Positions 1-11,286 of a stretch of 64,000 nucleotides of DNA are shown here, piece by piece. The DNA is taken from NCBI GenBank assembly GCA_032718475.1, contig JAUCBJ010008926.1, positions 2,167-66,166 of the forward strand, in the 5' to 3' direction. The notes beneath the pieces are model-generated. The model worked only from the letters and a program-made list of their open reading frames with translations, was not told the DNA's origin and searched no databases. This DNA comes from Nemertoderma westbladi. Its lineage: Eukaryota; Animalia; Xenacoelomorpha. Every line of letters begins with the position of its first letter. Within the stretch, counting starts at the first letter, position 1. The position numbers were made by a program, and so were the translations under genes.

Positions 1-482
1 AGAATTATAAATATATTTGGTGAGCACAGTGCTACGCAAAGGCTCCGTGGCAGATGTATTTTAGCTATGGACTCGCATGTCGATTCTACTCTACTATAGC
101 CAGACTGTCTTCGAGGTGCCCCGTTAGCCTTGGCGCCGCTAATTTGCATGAGGGCCGGCCGGCAAGCGAGATATCTCTATTGCTAATAAGCTTGAGGACC
201 CAAATAAGGCTAACATTCATATGCTATATCCCTTAGTTATTATCGTTATATAATTACTACTGTCTCCTAACGACTTATCGCTGGGAACCCTTTAATTAAA
301 GCCGCCTCTCGTTGAATCTGTTGTGATGTTCCCTCTGCGCCGATGCTATATAAACTGAGTTGGGCCTTCATTCGTCATCAGTTTTGAGTTCGAAAAATTT
401 TACGTGATTTATTTTACAAGACGCTAATTTTAAACTTCACATTTTATTTTAAACTTGATAATTTGCTAACTTATTTAACATC

Positions 483-941
483 ATGGATTCCACCACCAGC
501 ACCCAGCTAGCCGCCTCCGTGACACCGGTCTCCACCACAGCTACACCCGTCACCACCATGTCCAACGCTACCAACACAACCACAACCAGAACAAACACAA
601 CTGGCACGCAGACTACGGAGAGCAGGCCGGAGCCTATTACCGCATACCTTCAACATCTCAGAGATGAGTCTGAGGAAATGGAGTGGGACGAAGAACTGAT
701 TGAGCGGGAGCTCGCGATTCGGGAAATGAAGGAAGCGCGAGTGGAAGGCCTCCGGAGCTCAACTCAATGGTATGACCGATATCTTTATGAAGAATATGTC
801 CAGAATGAGTTAGTGGCAGCTGAGGAACAACGTTTCCATTACCCTTTTCCCCAGGAAAACTGGGAGATCCCTGAAGACTTTAGAGAGGAACCCTGGTGTA
901 AGTTATATTTAATACTAACATTCCTCTATAATATGATATAA
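483..941 (+). CDS. Orphan Thr-rich/Glu-rich ORF (probable first exon of a small gene in the virus-like region)
   Basis: 152-aa ORF in AT-rich DNA; TATATAAA at ~347 and TCAGTT initiator-like motif at ~378 upstream; GT donor candidates at ~896-898 and an acceptor CTCATAG at ~1091-1097. No recognisable domain. Confidence 0.45.
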   Translation: MDSTTSTQLAASVTPVSTTATPVTTMSNATNTTTTRTNTTGTQTTESRPEPITAYLQHLRDESEEMEWDEELIERELAIREMKEARVEGLRSSTQWYDRYLYEEYVQNELVAAEEQRFHYPFPQENWEIPEDFREEPWCKLYLILTFLYNMI

Positions 942-2332
942 TAAAATATGTTAAAGCAATATGCAGATTGAGCAGAAATTAATTTGAGTAATTACAATAA
1001 TTTTAAAGTTATACGAATTACCAAGATGGTTATAAAGCAATTACTTAAATAATAAATTATTATTTAATTATAAAATAAATTATTTATTTTCTCATAGGCT
1101 AATGAGATTATATTCTATCGCTGAGGGCTCAGAGATAGTTTTCGCTGGAGTGAGCGAGATGGGAGGATTGGGAATGCAGTTGTTCTAGAGCGGTGACAGT
1201 TGGACCTCACTGTGAAAACGAATAAATTAGTGTTACTAATGGGGGGACTGATGAGTTATAATTCTATGGAGTGGAGAAAAAAGAGTCATAAAGAACTTTA
1301 TTTGTTTAATTATTCTTTAGCTATCCATACTTATTTTATTTGTTTCTACGATACAGGCCACCAGAAAACCCAGATTTGTACAATTGTGAACATATTTTAT
1401 CAAATGTGTACCAGTGTAATGTAATGTTGTTGAACGGGACAATTGAACATAATTGAATTGGCAACAACCAAAATTTTCCGCCAAAGGATAAAAATTAATA
1501 CTTTTGAAATGTTTAGTAATCTGGAAACTCTCTATAGTTTCCCGGGAACTGTCACTCACTATAGCTGAAAATGTGATAAGGATTTTGTTTACCTTTATTA
1601 TAGTGTGCGGTTAATAGTGTCTAGTAGGCCCATAGTTAGTGAAATTAAGGCATGTTCTGGTCTTTCTCTGTGCCCTCTCAGTGTCAGACTAATGGCGTGA
1701 CATCTTCCTGCACTAAATTAATTATTCAATGGTCTAGGCTCCTCCATTCACGTACCCATCCACTCCTATACACTCCATGAACCTCCATGTGGTCTTGTAT
1801 GTAGTTCTCTCTCTACCAATATAGCCCATGTCCGCAATGTTCCGCCCGGGGGGCTCTCTCATCTACCCGATATAAGACATACCGGCGCACCGCACACAAA
1901 GCCTTTGTCGATCCCAGCAAGTTAGCCTCCTGCTGTGTGATCTTTTATATCCAAATAATCTCTGATGGTTGCACGTCAAAATTTTGCTTACTATTACACA
2001 ATTATATTAGTATTAGGACTATTTATCCATAATAATTATATTAGTATTATAAATGTATTTACACCCGATGATATTTATTACTATTAGGCCTATTTATTCA
2101 AGAAAATTATATGTTTTTATAATATATCTTGGAAAATTAGTCGACTAAGTGATAATTTTTAAAACTTTAAATACGGGATGAGTTATTTTATAAAGTTAAG
2201 AAGAATGAACCAATAGAGGGAGCCCGAAGTCTAATCTCTTGGCCTTTACTCACATTAACTCCCAAGGTTGCATACTATCACTATAGCTGGGAGAGTTGAA
2301 GCTAGTGTATACAGAGTTAGCCAAGAGCGTCG

Positions 2333-2848
2333 CACTGAGGCATAGTCTATGCCTCAGTGAGTCATAGTCTATGCCTCAGTGAGTCATAGTCTATGCCTCA
2401 ATGCCTCAGTGAGGCATAGTCTATGCCTCAGTGAGGCATAGTCTATGCCTCGGCACTGAGGCATAGACTATGACTCACTGAGGCATAGACTATGACTCAC
2501 TGAGGCATAGACTGTGACTCACTGAGGCATAGACTATGCCTCACTGAGGCACTGTATGACTCACTGAGGCATAGACTATGCCTCACTGAGGCATAGTCTA
2601 TGCCTCAGTGAGTCATAGTCTATGCCTCAGTGAGGCATAGTCTATGCCTCAGTGAATCATAGTCTATGCCTCAGTGCCTCAGTGAGGCATAGTCTATGCC
2701 TCAGTGAGTCACAGTCTATGCCTCAGTGAGTCATAGTCTATGCCTCAGTGAGGCATAGTCTATGCCTCAGTGCCTCAGTGAAGCATAGACTATGCCTCAG
2801 TGAGGCATAGTCTATGCCTCAGTGAGTCATAGTCTATGCCTCAGTGCC
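2333..2848. repeat. 22-bp quasi-palindromic tandem array (AGTCTATGCCTCAGTGAG[G/T]CAT)n with internal orientation switches
   Basis: ~23 units read directly; forward to ~2450, reverse-complement ~2453-2590, forward again to ~2848. Confidence 0.95.
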
Positions 2849-2859
2849 TAACGCCCTGA

Positions 2860-2973
2860 TTTACAACAAACTGAAGCCTCTAGAACAAAAACTGGGTTGC
2901 CAGATTCGCTGTCTCGCCGGTGACACGGATTCTCTAATGCTAAGCATAACTAATACACCACAGCTAACCTTTC
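2860..2973 (+). pseudogene. Inverted duplicate fragment of the pPolB gene (GDTDS region)
   Basis: TTTACAACAAACTGAAGCCTCTAG...CAGCTAACCTTTC is the reverse complement of ~5022-5135 with a few substitutions. Confidence 0.9.
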
Positions 2974-3214
2974 AGATGCGAGTACAGTGGTAAAGCCCAT
3001 CCATAGTGAGATAACGTCGCACTAGCTCTCAAGGATAGTTATACTCACCATTCAAATATCCCTCGCAAACCAGATTCCCCCAACATCTAAAGTACTCCAC
3101 TTCAATGCAAAATATATAATGCAATATAACTCGAATATTTCTGTTTTTTATAATATAAATAATAATTGTAACATAAATTTATAATTTAACATAAATATAA
3201 TGTGAACATTCACT

Positions 3215-3985
3215 TTAACATAGAGTAACTAAACTAAACATGAAATAGGATAAACAGATGGTCATAGGTTCGACCCGTACTCATATCCATTTTATGGAAA
3301 ATATAAAAAGTAAACATAGAATAACTAGAGTAACTAAACTAAACATAAAATAGGATAAACAGGTGGTCACATGTTCGACCCCTTCTCGTATCCCGTTTTA
3401 TGGAAAATATAAAAAGTAAACACAAAATAGGATAAACAGATGGTCACGGGTTCAATCCCTACTCGCGACCAATATACAACCAACACAAAATAAGTTAAAC
3501 ATAGAATAACTAGACTAAACTAAACATAAATTAGGAAAACATATGGTCACATGTTCGACCCCTACTCGTATCTGTTTTATGGAAAATATAAAAAGTAAAC
3601 AGCTGGTCACGGGTTCAATCTCTACTCGTGACCATTTTAAAACCAACACAAAATAAGTTAAACCAGGGTTCGAATCCTAGTCATGAAAATATAAAAAGTA
3701 AACATAGAATAACTAGACTAAACTAAACATAAATTAGGAAAACATATGGTCACATGTTTGACCCCTACTCGTATCCATTTTATGGAAAATATAAAAAGTA
3801 AACACAAAATAGGAAAAACAGCTGGTCACGGGTTCAATCCCTACTCGCAACCATTATAAAACCAACACAAAATAAGTTAAACCAGGGTTCAAGTCCTACT
3901 AATGCAATTATAAAAAGTAGGTAACACGGATGGTCACGGATTCAAACCCTACTCACGGAAAAATAAAAACCAACACAAAATAAAT
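3215..3985 (+). repeat. Degenerate tandem array of ~10 tRNA T-arm/B-box-like hairpins separated by A-rich linkers
   Basis: Recurrent TGGTCAC(A/G)(T/G)GTTC(G/A)A(C/T)CCCTACTCG...CCA at ~3259, 3364, 3441, 3544, 3604, 3747, 3823, 3931 plus GGGTTCGAATCC-type copies at ~3666 and ~3885. Confidence 0.8.
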
Positions 3986-4022
3986 AATATAGTAAACTTT
4001 CATGTATACCATAGTAAATAAA

Positions 4023-4529
4023 CTAATTTAATAATAAAGTTTGTAAAATAGATAATGATTCGGGGAATTCACCGGCAGGACACATGGAAACGATTTTATT
4101 ACTATGAAATACACTGAAATATGCACGTCCTATATATATTCTAATCGCGCAAAATAATTCGGGGGTATAGCTAATAAATATTGCTTTATTATTAATTGTA
4201 TGATGTCCACATTTTTTCATTGATAATTTAAAATTAACACTTGGAAAAATAATAGTTTGTGTTTCGGTATTAAGTTTCAAATTTTGTAATTGCATACCGA
4301 TAGTTTGTTTTAAATAAAGCAATTCACTAGCTAAATTATTGCATAGGCCTAAGATTGTTACTGCGCCGCTGGGAAATAGCATTATAGTTGAATCGTCACC
4401 TTTGTAGATAAACATGTTTGGTTTTAAGCAACTTTGACCTGTAATTTGCTGTGAAATTTTCTCTAGTTCAAATTTGGCAATGTTTTTTCCGGTAAACTGT
4501 TTATTGGTTAATTCTATTTTGTTGCTCAA
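4023..4529 (-). CDS. Divergent TATA-binding-protein (TBP)-like protein, mobile-element associated
   Basis: Two TBP-fold-like repeats: TIMLFPSGAVTILG (cf. TALIFSSGKMVCTG) and SYTPELFCAIRIY...FSVFHSNKIV (cf. SYEPELFPGLIYR...LLIFVSGKVV). No ATG; a polypyrimidine+AG acceptor lies at ~4539-4555, so it is probably spliced. Confidence 0.7.
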   Translation of the reverse strand: MSNKIELTNKQFTGKNIAKFELEKISQQITGQSCLKPNMFIYKGDDSTIMLFPSGAVTILGLCNNLASELLYLKQTIGMQLQNLKLNTETQTIIFPSVNFKLSMKKCGHHTINNKAIFISYTPELFCAIRIYIGRAYFSVFHSNKIVSMCPAGEFPESLSILQTLLLN

Positions 4530-4552
4530 TTTCTTATTCTAGAAAAATAAAA

Positions 4553-7500
4553 TTAAATCCTAGTAGGGGGGGTTACTACTCGTTTCGCCGGTCTAACAAG
4601 CTTATTGCTATAGTGCCCGTATGGTTTGCTGCTATATTTACTACTCCAATATGATTTCGTATCCCAGAGCGTTAGTACCTTCTTATAGACATGACCAGTA
4701 AAAATTTGATGCTTTCTAGAAGTGAAGGTAGAGTTATAGCGGAAGAGCATTGCTTCGTTTTCAAACAGTCTGCATAATCCTCGTGTGTTAGTTGCTTAGC
4801 GACAACCGATCTAGATACACCTTTGGCGGTTTTCTTGATTGGGGCATCGTAGGATTGAAAACTGTAGACCTTTGGTTTAAGGAAAACTCACTGTTTATTC
4901 TGCAAACCGCAGCTCTCATCTTTTACGAAGCCGAGAGCCGCTTTGTGTTTAATGGTATAGAATGGATGTGTTGTACTATAGTTGGAAGTATCTAGGAAAC
5001 CACCCTCAAACATTGCCCGTAGAAAGGTTAGCTGTGGTGTATTAGTTACGCTTAGCATTAGAGAATCCGTGTCACCAGCTAGACAGCGAATCTGGCAACC
5101 CAGTTTTTGTTCTAGAGGCTTCAGTTTGTTGTAAAATAGGTCGAACATCTGTAGCTTAGATAGATCTAGTATAGTGCAACCGATGAACACGCCCTGATTT
5201 AGGCAAACAGCCTCTTTAGTGAAAGTATGACCACTCAAGTTGGGGGTAAAGACAATGAACGATTCGTGGTTGGGCTTGGCTAAGAGCAAATCGCATTGCT
5301 CGTCACTATTGCATAACCTGAAAGAAACGCGGTCTCTAACCTTTTGGAGGCATTTCCCATACAAGGCATTGTTCATCAACTTATAAAATAGGACCTCGAA
5401 TGGGTTATTTGCCGACTGTCTTTTATTTGTATTAAAACTAATGTAGTCCTTGAAAATATATTTTTGTGAAAAAGAGTAGACCCTGTGAACTTGTGTAAGT
5501 TTAAGACCGAGCTTCAAATAGAGCTGAAGTAGCTTAATATGGATACCGTATTCAACTTTATTAAACTGATGTAGTAGTAGCTTAGTACAGGTATCGTTGT
5601 ATGGTCTACAGGTAGCCGTATCGGTGAGATTGTAATGCTCCCAAAGATCTTCCATGTATTCGCTAAGAAAGGATTTAGGGACTGACATCTTCTCCGCTCC
5701 TAAAGGCAGATCGGTGGTCAAATCGTGAATTTCTTTCGGGTAATGTAGATCAACTATACAATAATAACCCAGTGTCCCCACTCGCGTCTACTGTAGCTAG
5801 GTCTATTGGGGTAGTTACGAGTGTAATATTAGCATAGGGAAGTTTCTGGCTCAGGGCGCAGCCGTAAAGGTTATTCGCATCGATGGGAATTAGATATTTC
5901 TTGGGGAGACTGGAGTCATAGTCGGGTTTATCGGGAATATTTGCGTCTACGGAATGTGTATTCAAGAATACTAGACCACCCCTAATATTTGTTTCAAAGT
6001 CCGAGTAGATGGAAGCATCTGATAGTAATTGAATTTCTGATTGCGTGAATTAATCCTGGGGCAGTGAAGTACATTACGGGCTCGAGTCCATAATTAGTAA
6101 GACAGAGGGATCGGAACTGCTCGAAAGTATCAACCAATAGGGTAACGTCTAGAACCAAATAGCCAATCATATAGTCGAAGATTGTTGCGCAGTTTAATTC
6201 ATCCCAAGTAGTAAGCACGCGCTGATAGTTGTCTGCGCTACATTGTTCCAATTTGAGATCATTATAGAAGCTTTCTATTGGGGGGAGTGTAGTTTCGTGT
6301 AGGTTTGAAATATTTTGAATGTAAGAATATGGGAATACGCCCTTGTTTTTTATTGTGTTATCGCTAATGTTGGGATAGAGTTGGGTTTTAGGTTTAGTTT
6401 TAAATTCTGATTTGGTACTGTATAAAAGGCTGCCGCGCTAGCTATATGTTTCTGTGGGAGTTTAATATTGTTTGTAGGTTCTAGAATAGTTTCAATGTCG
6501 GCGTATATACAGAAAGGTGGGGATAGAGTCTTATCGTACCGGTCAAATTTAACCAAGAGATTTTCGGGCATATACTCGAGTTGGTGTTTACCCGTATAGC
6601 AACGCTCTCGATGTTCTTCCAATGATTTGTCAGTGTAAAAGGCTCTGAGACAGCGTTCGCAGTGCGTCTTGTTGCCTTTAGAAGTAGCTTTTGTATTTAT
6701 TAGTCTATCTATGCTAGTAATAGCTACGTAGTGGGCGGGTTTTTTGGATGTGGCTTCGATAAATAATAAATTTAGTATAGTTTTACCGGAACAGTGCGCG
6801 CTATCTGGTTGACTTAGAATGGAGAGTTCTTCCGTATTACTCCAATATAGAAGATTTATACAGTATACAGGGTTTGCTTTCAGAAGCTGGGGAATATTCA
6901 TATTGGAAAAATCAATCATGTTTAAGAAAGGAGTATACGTTGAAATTCTTTTGATATTATTTTTTTTTCTATCAATTTTCTTATAATTCGCGGTGGCCAA
7001 TACTGTGTATTTAAAGCATTCTCCCAGCGGGCAGTCTACTCTTACGGTACATTGTTTATTTAATAATAATTTAGAATTATTGAAGCCTTGACCCTTTAAA
7101 TAGGGGTTGCGCTGGGAACATGCAATCTCAATAGTTATTCGCTCGATAGCTATTATGCGCCAACCCGAGCCGAGGCAGAGAAACACACTTAATAGCTGAT
7201 CGATACGATTGACGGCGCCAGAAAACCAGTTATTAAAGTCGCTATTATTTAGAATTTGATTATTGTTACCGCTAGATTTAATACATAATGATTCAATTTG
7301 AAAACCCTCGCTGGTTTCACGCTCCATTACGATATTGATTGTAAGCCAGACTCTTAAAAAAGTTCCCAAAGCACTATGTAAATGGCTACTAACATGTTCT
7401 TGGATATGTGGAAAATTTTCATTTAAAGTTAGTTCAATGTCGAGTCTTGTTTCAGAGAGGTTATTGTTATAAGTAAACAGTCGTCCATGTGCGCTTCCAT

Positions 7501-7927
7501 TGGAGGGAGGTTGAAAGGGATTGTTTGGGGAAATAGAGTTATAATCTCGCGAAGTTGAAGGTTTGTTATTGGAGCCGCCGCCGCCGACTTGTTCTGGAGT
7601 AGAGTTGATGGGGGTTGAGTGGGAGGTAGCTGGAGTTTTGCGTTTACGTGAAAAAAGACGAGTGTAGCATTCATGCTTAGTAAAGGACGATAGGGTGAGC
7701 GAATCCCCGCAGCGACAATCGGCTGGCTCATTTACGTAAGTAAATCCGGTGCCCCCATTGTAACATGAAGCAAGATGACCAATCATCGTCTTCTTTTCCG
7801 AGCAACAAGTTTGGCAGCAGTCGCATCTATAGTGCGCAAAATGAATTTTAATGTGGCGAGATAAATTATCGCTCCGCGTCTCTTTGTCGCAGATGGGGCA
7901 GCAAACTTTATTGGTAGACATAGGCAT
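4553..7927 (-). pseudogene. Protein-primed family B DNA polymerase of Polinton/adintovirus type, fragmented
   Basis: Colinear motifs over several frames: N-terminal C2H2 fingers, CERCL..H.ERC finger, IYADIE (ExoI), KGVFPY, YL.LDV.LL.D.FE.FR, IRGG, IDANNLYG, VDLHYP, KLMNNALYGK, AGDTDSL, LGFVKDE, LKPKVY, KGV, C-terminal D.K...PYG. Several frameshifts and deletions. Confidence 0.93.
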
Positions 7928-9489
7928 CTTGAATCTAGAAAAATAAGTTGATTATTTGTAAAAAATAAAAAATACTGTATACTTGCTAAAAATAAAGTAA
8001 AACAGTAGATATTAATTGGTTACTAGGCAACAATACTGCATTTGTACAGTTAGTGTAGTAGTGTTAGTGTACCAGCTGCCAGATAGTGGCAATAACCAAG
8101 ACACAAAAGCGATGGCAGTTATTATTCGTGGAAAGAGGGTCTATAAACAGCAGTCAACAGTCAGTCAGTGCAGTAGTGCTAGTGATATAGTCTGCCAGAA
8201 GTCAGACGTATTGGTAGCGTTAACCAATACAAATCAACGATAGGCCTAGCTAATCGCTGTGTGAGATCTCAGTTAGTCAGTAGGATATATAGTGAAAACT
8301 GCAGTATTCATTGTTGTTCAGTAGGGTCTATATCGCTACTACGATGGCATTAGGCTAACTCGAATGATCCGGTAGCGGTAGTCAGGTAGACAAGCAGATA
8401 GGCAGATGTAGGCCTATTGATCGAATGCTTCGATCACGGTTTAGGCTATCGCTACCACTGCAGTCTGATAGTAATTAATAATGAGCCTACTGCAATACTG
8501 TTGTACCGGTAGATATTAAAAGTAAATTGTTTGCTATCGGCATCGAAAGTATAGCTAGATGGTGGAAGGCAGATTTTACTTACGGTGTTAGTAAATATTC
8601 ACGGAAAGATGAAATTTGGATGTTCGTTGGCAACGAAGAAGTTGGTTGACGTGGACGACGAGAGAGTTTATTTACCGATAGAACGGAATGGTATCGGAAA
8701 TTAGGTTGGAAAATATTATGCGGTTGTATGACGGATTCGCGGAAAGTTCGTTGACGATGATGAGCGATAACACGGCGAAATGACAATAATACAACTGGAT
8801 TGTTGATAGATGATAATAAATAAATATTCTTAATAAATAATAATAAACTCGAAAACAAAATAATGGTAAATGATGTTAATCGTAACTTGCAAATGAAGTA
8901 ATGACGTAATATCTTGGTGGGGACGTATTAAATAGCAATTGGTTGTTTAGGAGGCCGTTGTCTCTTAAATGAGCCAATCAGGACGGAGCAGCAGAAATGA
9001 TCCCCGCTGATTGGATGTTCGCGCAAAAGCGGTAACCAGGGCAACTTCTCATGTTGATGATTCTATATTAGAAAACCCCTGTAGGCATCTTGACTAATTA
9101 TGTTGAGTTGACTGTATAACAGAATCAGGTCTGGTGCAAAGGAATACGATTAGTAGAGAGGAATGCGTGTTTAGAGGCGCTTCATTGTTATGATACGGGA
9201 TGCCTGGATATAGGAAAGGACCAAAGTGATGCCGTAGTGAGAACAAAGGATGGCCGCTGGAACATTAGCCTTGAGCGATATATGGATTTAGTGTAGACAA
9301 GGCCGTATTGGAATTATTAGTGAGTCATCAAAGGGGCTGCTAACAGCCGGGTCCACTGATTTATATTTGCCTTGGGGGTATACGTGTAGATTCAATGCAT
9401 TAGAGACCGTGTCGTATCTACTTAATGAATAGCGATGGCAGAGAAGGGGGCCCGCCGATTAGTTGCCAGTAGGGAGCCGTATACCATAG

Positions 9490-10968
9490 CCATTATAAAG
9501 TTAAATATAGACATTATGTCATAGTGATCTCATTGGTCATATAAAAACTAATTAATCTAAAAATAGAAATCAATGTATAAAGTAAAGTTAATACAATTAA
9601 TTAATTTAAAATAAAGTACAACTGAATAATTAATTTAGAATTAAATACGAATAAATAAAGTAAAATAAAATACAAATAATTAATTAAATTAAATATAAAT
9701 AAATAGGTATTAATATATAAAAGAGCCGCTGTGTCACTTATGACACCCTCTTGGGCCTCTAGGTGTACAGTTAGACAACACTGACACCATTGCGTATCGG
9801 ATTGATTAATTGGGATAATCAATTAAACCCTAATTAGGAGTCGTAAGACACCTATTAGGGTTTAATTGTACTAATTAATTGATGACATCTGTCAATTAGG
9901 GTCTAATTAGCCTAATTAGGAGGTGTCACCCAGTTCGTAGCAGGCACGGAAAATAAAGTGCGCGTAGTTTGCCGGAATCGGGATGGGTTGGTTTAAGGTT
10001 GTATTTATCGTTAACGGGAAGAGTTTGTTCGCCGAATCGAAATATAGACCAAACGAGTTGTCTTGTAGCATAAACTGATTTTCGTTGCAAACCAGATCGT
10101 TGCTTGAATAGCTGATTTCTGAATGTGCCATCGTGATTGTATGAAAAGAAAACATTTTAGAAATATCTGAAATGAAAACCTGCAGCCCTTTCAGTATACT
10201 GGTAACTCGTTTAGGAAATAAAAAATAAATAAATACTTTTACGAAAATAATTAAAACTTTTCAGGAAAACAAAGAGACAATGATTGGGAATATGGTGAAC
10301 GGGGGCTATTATAGAGGGGGCTAGAATGGGTTAGCCAATCAGGGAACAGGAGGGAGAAAAGACTGTATAATTAAACCAATCAGAGAGCAGCTTTGATGAC
10401 GTCACATCAGGCGAGATAATGATTACCCAATGTTATTCAATGGTAGCCAGAGTGGCGGTATTGAATAATGAAGACAAAGGGGCCGCGAGAGGAAAGATTA
10501 TAAAGTTAATGATATGGGATCTATAAACCATAGAGCTAAATATAGACATTATCTCATAATTACGTCATTGGTAATATAAAAACTAATTAATCTAAAAATA
10601 GAAATCAATGTATAAAGTAAAGTTAATACAATTTATTAATTTAAATTAAAGTACAAATGAATAATTAATTTAAAATTAAATACAAATAAATAAAGTATAA
10701 TAAAATACAAATAATTAACTAAAATTAAATATAAATAAATAGGTATTAATAAATAAAAGAGCCGCGGTGTCACTTATGAAACCCTCTTGGGCCTCTAGGT
10801 GTACAGTTAGACAACACTGACACCATTGCGTATCGGATTGATTAATTGGGATAATCAATTAAACCCTAATTAGGAGTCGTAAGACACCTATTAGGGTTTA
10901 ATTGTACTAATTAATTGATGACACCTGTCAATTAGGGTCTAATTAGCCTAATTAGTAGGTGTCACCCA
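9490..10968. repeat. ~440-bp direct duplication (~9490-9933 and ~10515-10968) rich in TAATTA, TGACACC/GGTGTCA motifs and small hairpins
   Basis: Both copies share AAATATAGACATTAT...GCCTCTAGGTGTACAGTTAGACAACACTGACACC...AGGTGTCACCCAG. Confidence 0.9.
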
Positions 10969-10998
10969 GACAGTCTGGCGCCAATGACACCCAATGAC

Positions 10999-11184
10999 TG
11001 GTATGTCCGGCTGTCCGGTACATAGCCAGACAACTGTAGCCTGTAGGCTGAGGTAAAAGTGGATGCTGGAGCGACACAACCGGTCCGTATAATATAAGCA
11101 GAATGCAAGCAAGATATGTAGGCCCGTGCCATAGACAGTAAGGGGGAATAATGAAATAGGCCTATACTGTATATATCCATACCA
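10999..11184 (-). repeat. 3' LTR
   Basis: TG...CA with 7-bp terminal inverted repeat; matches 15620-15805 with a handful of differences; adjacent to PPT. Confidence 0.95.
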
Positions 11185-11286
11185 ACTCCCCCTTTAGGCG
11201 ATTTTGTCAGATCAAAATTGTTTACAGTGAACCCCATACACCATATTATAGTTTAAAAATAATAAATGACTATTCTAGTGTAATAA

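Noticed and set aside
3215-3985. CRISPR-like repeat-spacer appearance
   Set aside because: Repeats are degenerate, spacers are A-rich and duplicated, there are no cas genes and the context is eukaryotic.
10962-11237. 91-aa and 73-aa ORFs at the LTRs (also 15604-15825)
   Set aside because: They merely traverse the non-coding LTR; their similarity reflects LTR identity.
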